Source: Hemiscyllium ocellatum (taxonomy: Eukaryota). Taken from it: DNA of 64,000 bases. Below the pieces are notes generated by a model. It was not told where the DNA came from and did not search any database. It was given only the letters and a program-made list of their open reading frames with translations. Where the stretch lies: the NCBI RefSeq assembly GCF_020745735.1, contig NC_083439.1, positions 30,208,596 through 30,272,595 on the forward strand, in the 5' to 3' direction. Made by a program: the position numbers and the translations under genes. Shown in pieces: positions 61,408 through 64,000 of this stretch; the first letter of the stretch is position 1, and every line of letters starts with the position of its first letter.

Positions 61408-63970
61408 AGAGTCATAGAGATGTACAGCATGGAATCAGATCCTTTAGTCCAACTCATCCATGCTGACCAGATATCCCAACCCAATCTAGTCCCACCAGCC
61501 AGTACCCAGCCCATATCCCTCCAAACCCTTCCTATTCATATACCCACCCAAATGCCTTTTAAATGTTACGATTGTACCAGCCTCCACCACTTCCTCTGGC
61601 AGCTCATTCCATACATGTGCTACCCTCTGCGTGGAAACGTTGTCGCCAGGGTCTCCTTTATATCTTTCCCATCTCACCCTAAACCTATGCCTTCTAGTTC
61701 TGGACTCCCCCACACCAGGGAAAAGACTTGATCTATTTACCCTATCCATGCCCCTCATGATTTTATAAATCTCGATAAGGTCACCCCTCAGCCTTTGATG
61801 CTCCAGGGAAAACAACCCTAGCCTGTTCAACCTCTGTATAGCTCAAATCTACCAAACCTGGCAACATCCTTGTCAATCTTTTCTGAACCCTTTCATGTTT
61901 CACACCATCTTTGCAATAGGAAGGAGACCAGAACTGCACGCAAAATTTCAACAGTGGCCTAACCAATGTCCTGTACCTCTGCAACATGACCTCCCAACTT
62001 CTGTACTCAATACTCTGACCAATAAAGGAAAGATTCCAAATGCCTTCTTCACTATCCTATCTACCGACGACTCCACTTTCAAGGAGCTATGAACCTGCGC
62101 TCCAAGGTCTCTGTTCAGCAACACTCCCTAGGACCTTACCATTAAGTGTCTAAGTCCTGTTAAAATTTGCTTTGCCAAAATGCACCACCTCACATTTATC
62201 TGAATTAAATTCCATCTGCCATTTCACTGCCCATTGGCCCATCTGATCAAGATCCTGTTGTCATCTGAGGTAACCGCCTTCACTGTCCACTACACCTCCA
62301 ATTTTGGTGTCATCTGCAAACTTACTAACTATACCTCGTATGCTCACATCCAAATCATTTATATAAATGAGAAAAAAGTAGAGGATCAAGCACCAATCCT
62401 TCACTGGTTACAGGCCTCCAGTCTGAAAAATAACCCTCCACCACCCTCTGTCTTCTACCTTTGAGCCAGTTCTGTATCCAAATGCCAAGTTCTCCCTGTA
62501 TTCCATGAGATCTAACTTTGCTAACCAGTTTCCCATGGGGTATCTTGTCGAACACCTCACTGAAGTCCATCTCAATCACATCTACTGCACTGGCCTCATC
62601 AATCCTCTTTGTTACTTCTTCAAAAACCTCAATCAAGTTTGTGAGACATGATTTCCTTCGCACAAAGCCATGTTGACTATTCCTGATCAGTCCGTGCCTT
62701 TCAAAATTCATGTACATCCTGTCCCTTAGGATTCCCTCCAACAACTTGCCCACCACCAATGTCAGGCTCACTGGTCTATAGTTCCCTGACTTGTGCTTAC
62801 CACGCTTCTTAAACAGTGGCAGCACGTTAGCCAACCTCCAGTCTTCCGGCAACTCACCTGTGAGTATTGAGGTTACAAGGTGTCCAGCAATCACTTCCCT
62901 AGCTTTCCACAAAATTCTGGGGAACACTTGATCAGGTCCTGGTGATTTATCCATTTCAAGACATCCAGCACTTCTTCCTCTGTAATATGGACATTTTTCA
63001 AGATGTCACCTCATCTATTTCCCTAGAGATTCTTTTCCACAGTAAATACTGATGCAAAATATTCATTTAGTATCTCCCCCATCTCCTGCGGCTCCACACA
63101 AAGGTCGCCTTGCTGTACTTTGAGGGGCCAAGTTCTCTCCTTAGTTACCCTTTTGTCCTTTATGTATTTGTAAAAGCCTTTTGGATTTTCCTTAATTCTA
63201 TTTCCCAAAACTGTCTCATGTCCCCTTTTTGCCCTTCTGATTTCTCTCAAGTATATTTCTACTGCCTTTATACTCTTCAAAGGACTCATTGATCTATTCT
63301 GTCTATACCTTATATATGCTTCCTTTTTCTTAACCAAACCTTCAATTTCTTAAGTCATCCAGCATTCCCTACACCTGCCAGCCTTCCCTTTCACCCTAAG
63401 AGGAATATACTTTCTCTGGATTCTCGTTATCTCATTTCTGAAGGCTTCCCATTTTCCAGCCATCCCTTTACCTGCGAATATCTGCCCCCAATCGGACTTT
63501 GAAAGTTCTTGCCTAACACTGTCAAAATTGGCCTTTCTCCAACATTTGGATCTGGTCTCTCCTTTTCCATCACTATTAAAAAAATTAATAGAATTATGTT
63601 CGCTGGCCCCAAAATGCTCTCCCACTGTCACCCCAGTCACCTGCCCTGCCTTATTTCCCAAGAGTAGTCAAGTTTTGCAACTTCTCTCATAGGTTCATGG
63701 ACATAATGAATCAACAAAATTTCTTGTACACACTTCACAAATTCCTCTCCATCTAAACCCTTCACACTATGACAGTCTCACTCTATGTTTGGAAAGTTCA
63801 AGTCCCCTACCATAACCACCCTATTATCCTCACAGATAACTGAGATCTCCTTACAAATTTGTTTGTCAGTCCAGTCCATCGCTGAGCTATGTTTCTGTAT
63901 TTGCTATGGTTTCCCAGTCACATGTTCCTAACCACCCCCTGAGTTTATCTGCCTTCCTGTTACTTGTTGT
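61408..63970 (-). mobile_element. CR1 LINE ORF2 remnant with 3' tail, nested in a SINE
   Basis: GNYRPVSLT, QHGFVRRKSCLTNL; tail CATAGAGTCATAGAGA on + at ~61405-61420; the SINE head begins at the window end. Confidence 0.9.
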
Positions 63971-64000
63971 ATTGTGGAAGGAAACCCACACAGATGCAGG

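Larger units (their letters stand above)
30967..64000 (-). repeat. Inverted copies of the cassette with a ~20.2-20.3 kb higher-order period
   Basis: Offsets 33509/53750, 37880/58150, 38799/59071, 41107/61420. Confidence 0.92.

Overview
Eukaryotic vertebrate DNA, almost certainly an elasmobranch (shark/ray): it is dominated by HE1-type tRNA-derived SINEs, CR1-clade LINE fragments and Penelope-like remnants. The window is a tandem/inverted array of six zona pellucida glycoprotein 3 (ZP3/ZPC)-like genes. I reconstructed four apparently intact 9-exon, 464-aa genes by hand from GT-AG splice sites: 2244-5035 (+), 14915-17697 (+), 36735-33509 (-) and 56988-53750 (-). There are two pseudogenes: 27454-29087 (+) and 48225-45932 (-). 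The intact proteins have a signal peptide, a 12-Cys ZP3 module, IHP/EHP patches, an R-X-R-R furin site and a C-terminal TM helix. Each gene lies in a roughly 10-12.6 kb duplicated cassette with the same nested transposon fossils. Orientation flips at about 29-31 kb, and a roughly 20.3 kb higher-order repeat is visible in the right half. Notable observations: (i) two flank classes whose pattern conflicts with the coding haplotypes, suggesting gene conversion; (ii) short TSD-flanked Penelope-derived inserts carrying a minimal hammerhead-ribozyme motif, best preserved at 13545-13580 (-); (iii) four independent 16-27 bp micro-inversions between paralogs; (iv) a conserved E-box / five inverted-CCAAT / TATA promoter. 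Transposon boundaries are approximate, and the supplied ORF track is mostly uninformative because the genes are spliced. I see no clear evidence of a wholly new gene system. Any novelty lies in the ZP3 array and the ribozyme-bearing mini-elements, and I cannot tell whether these have already been described.
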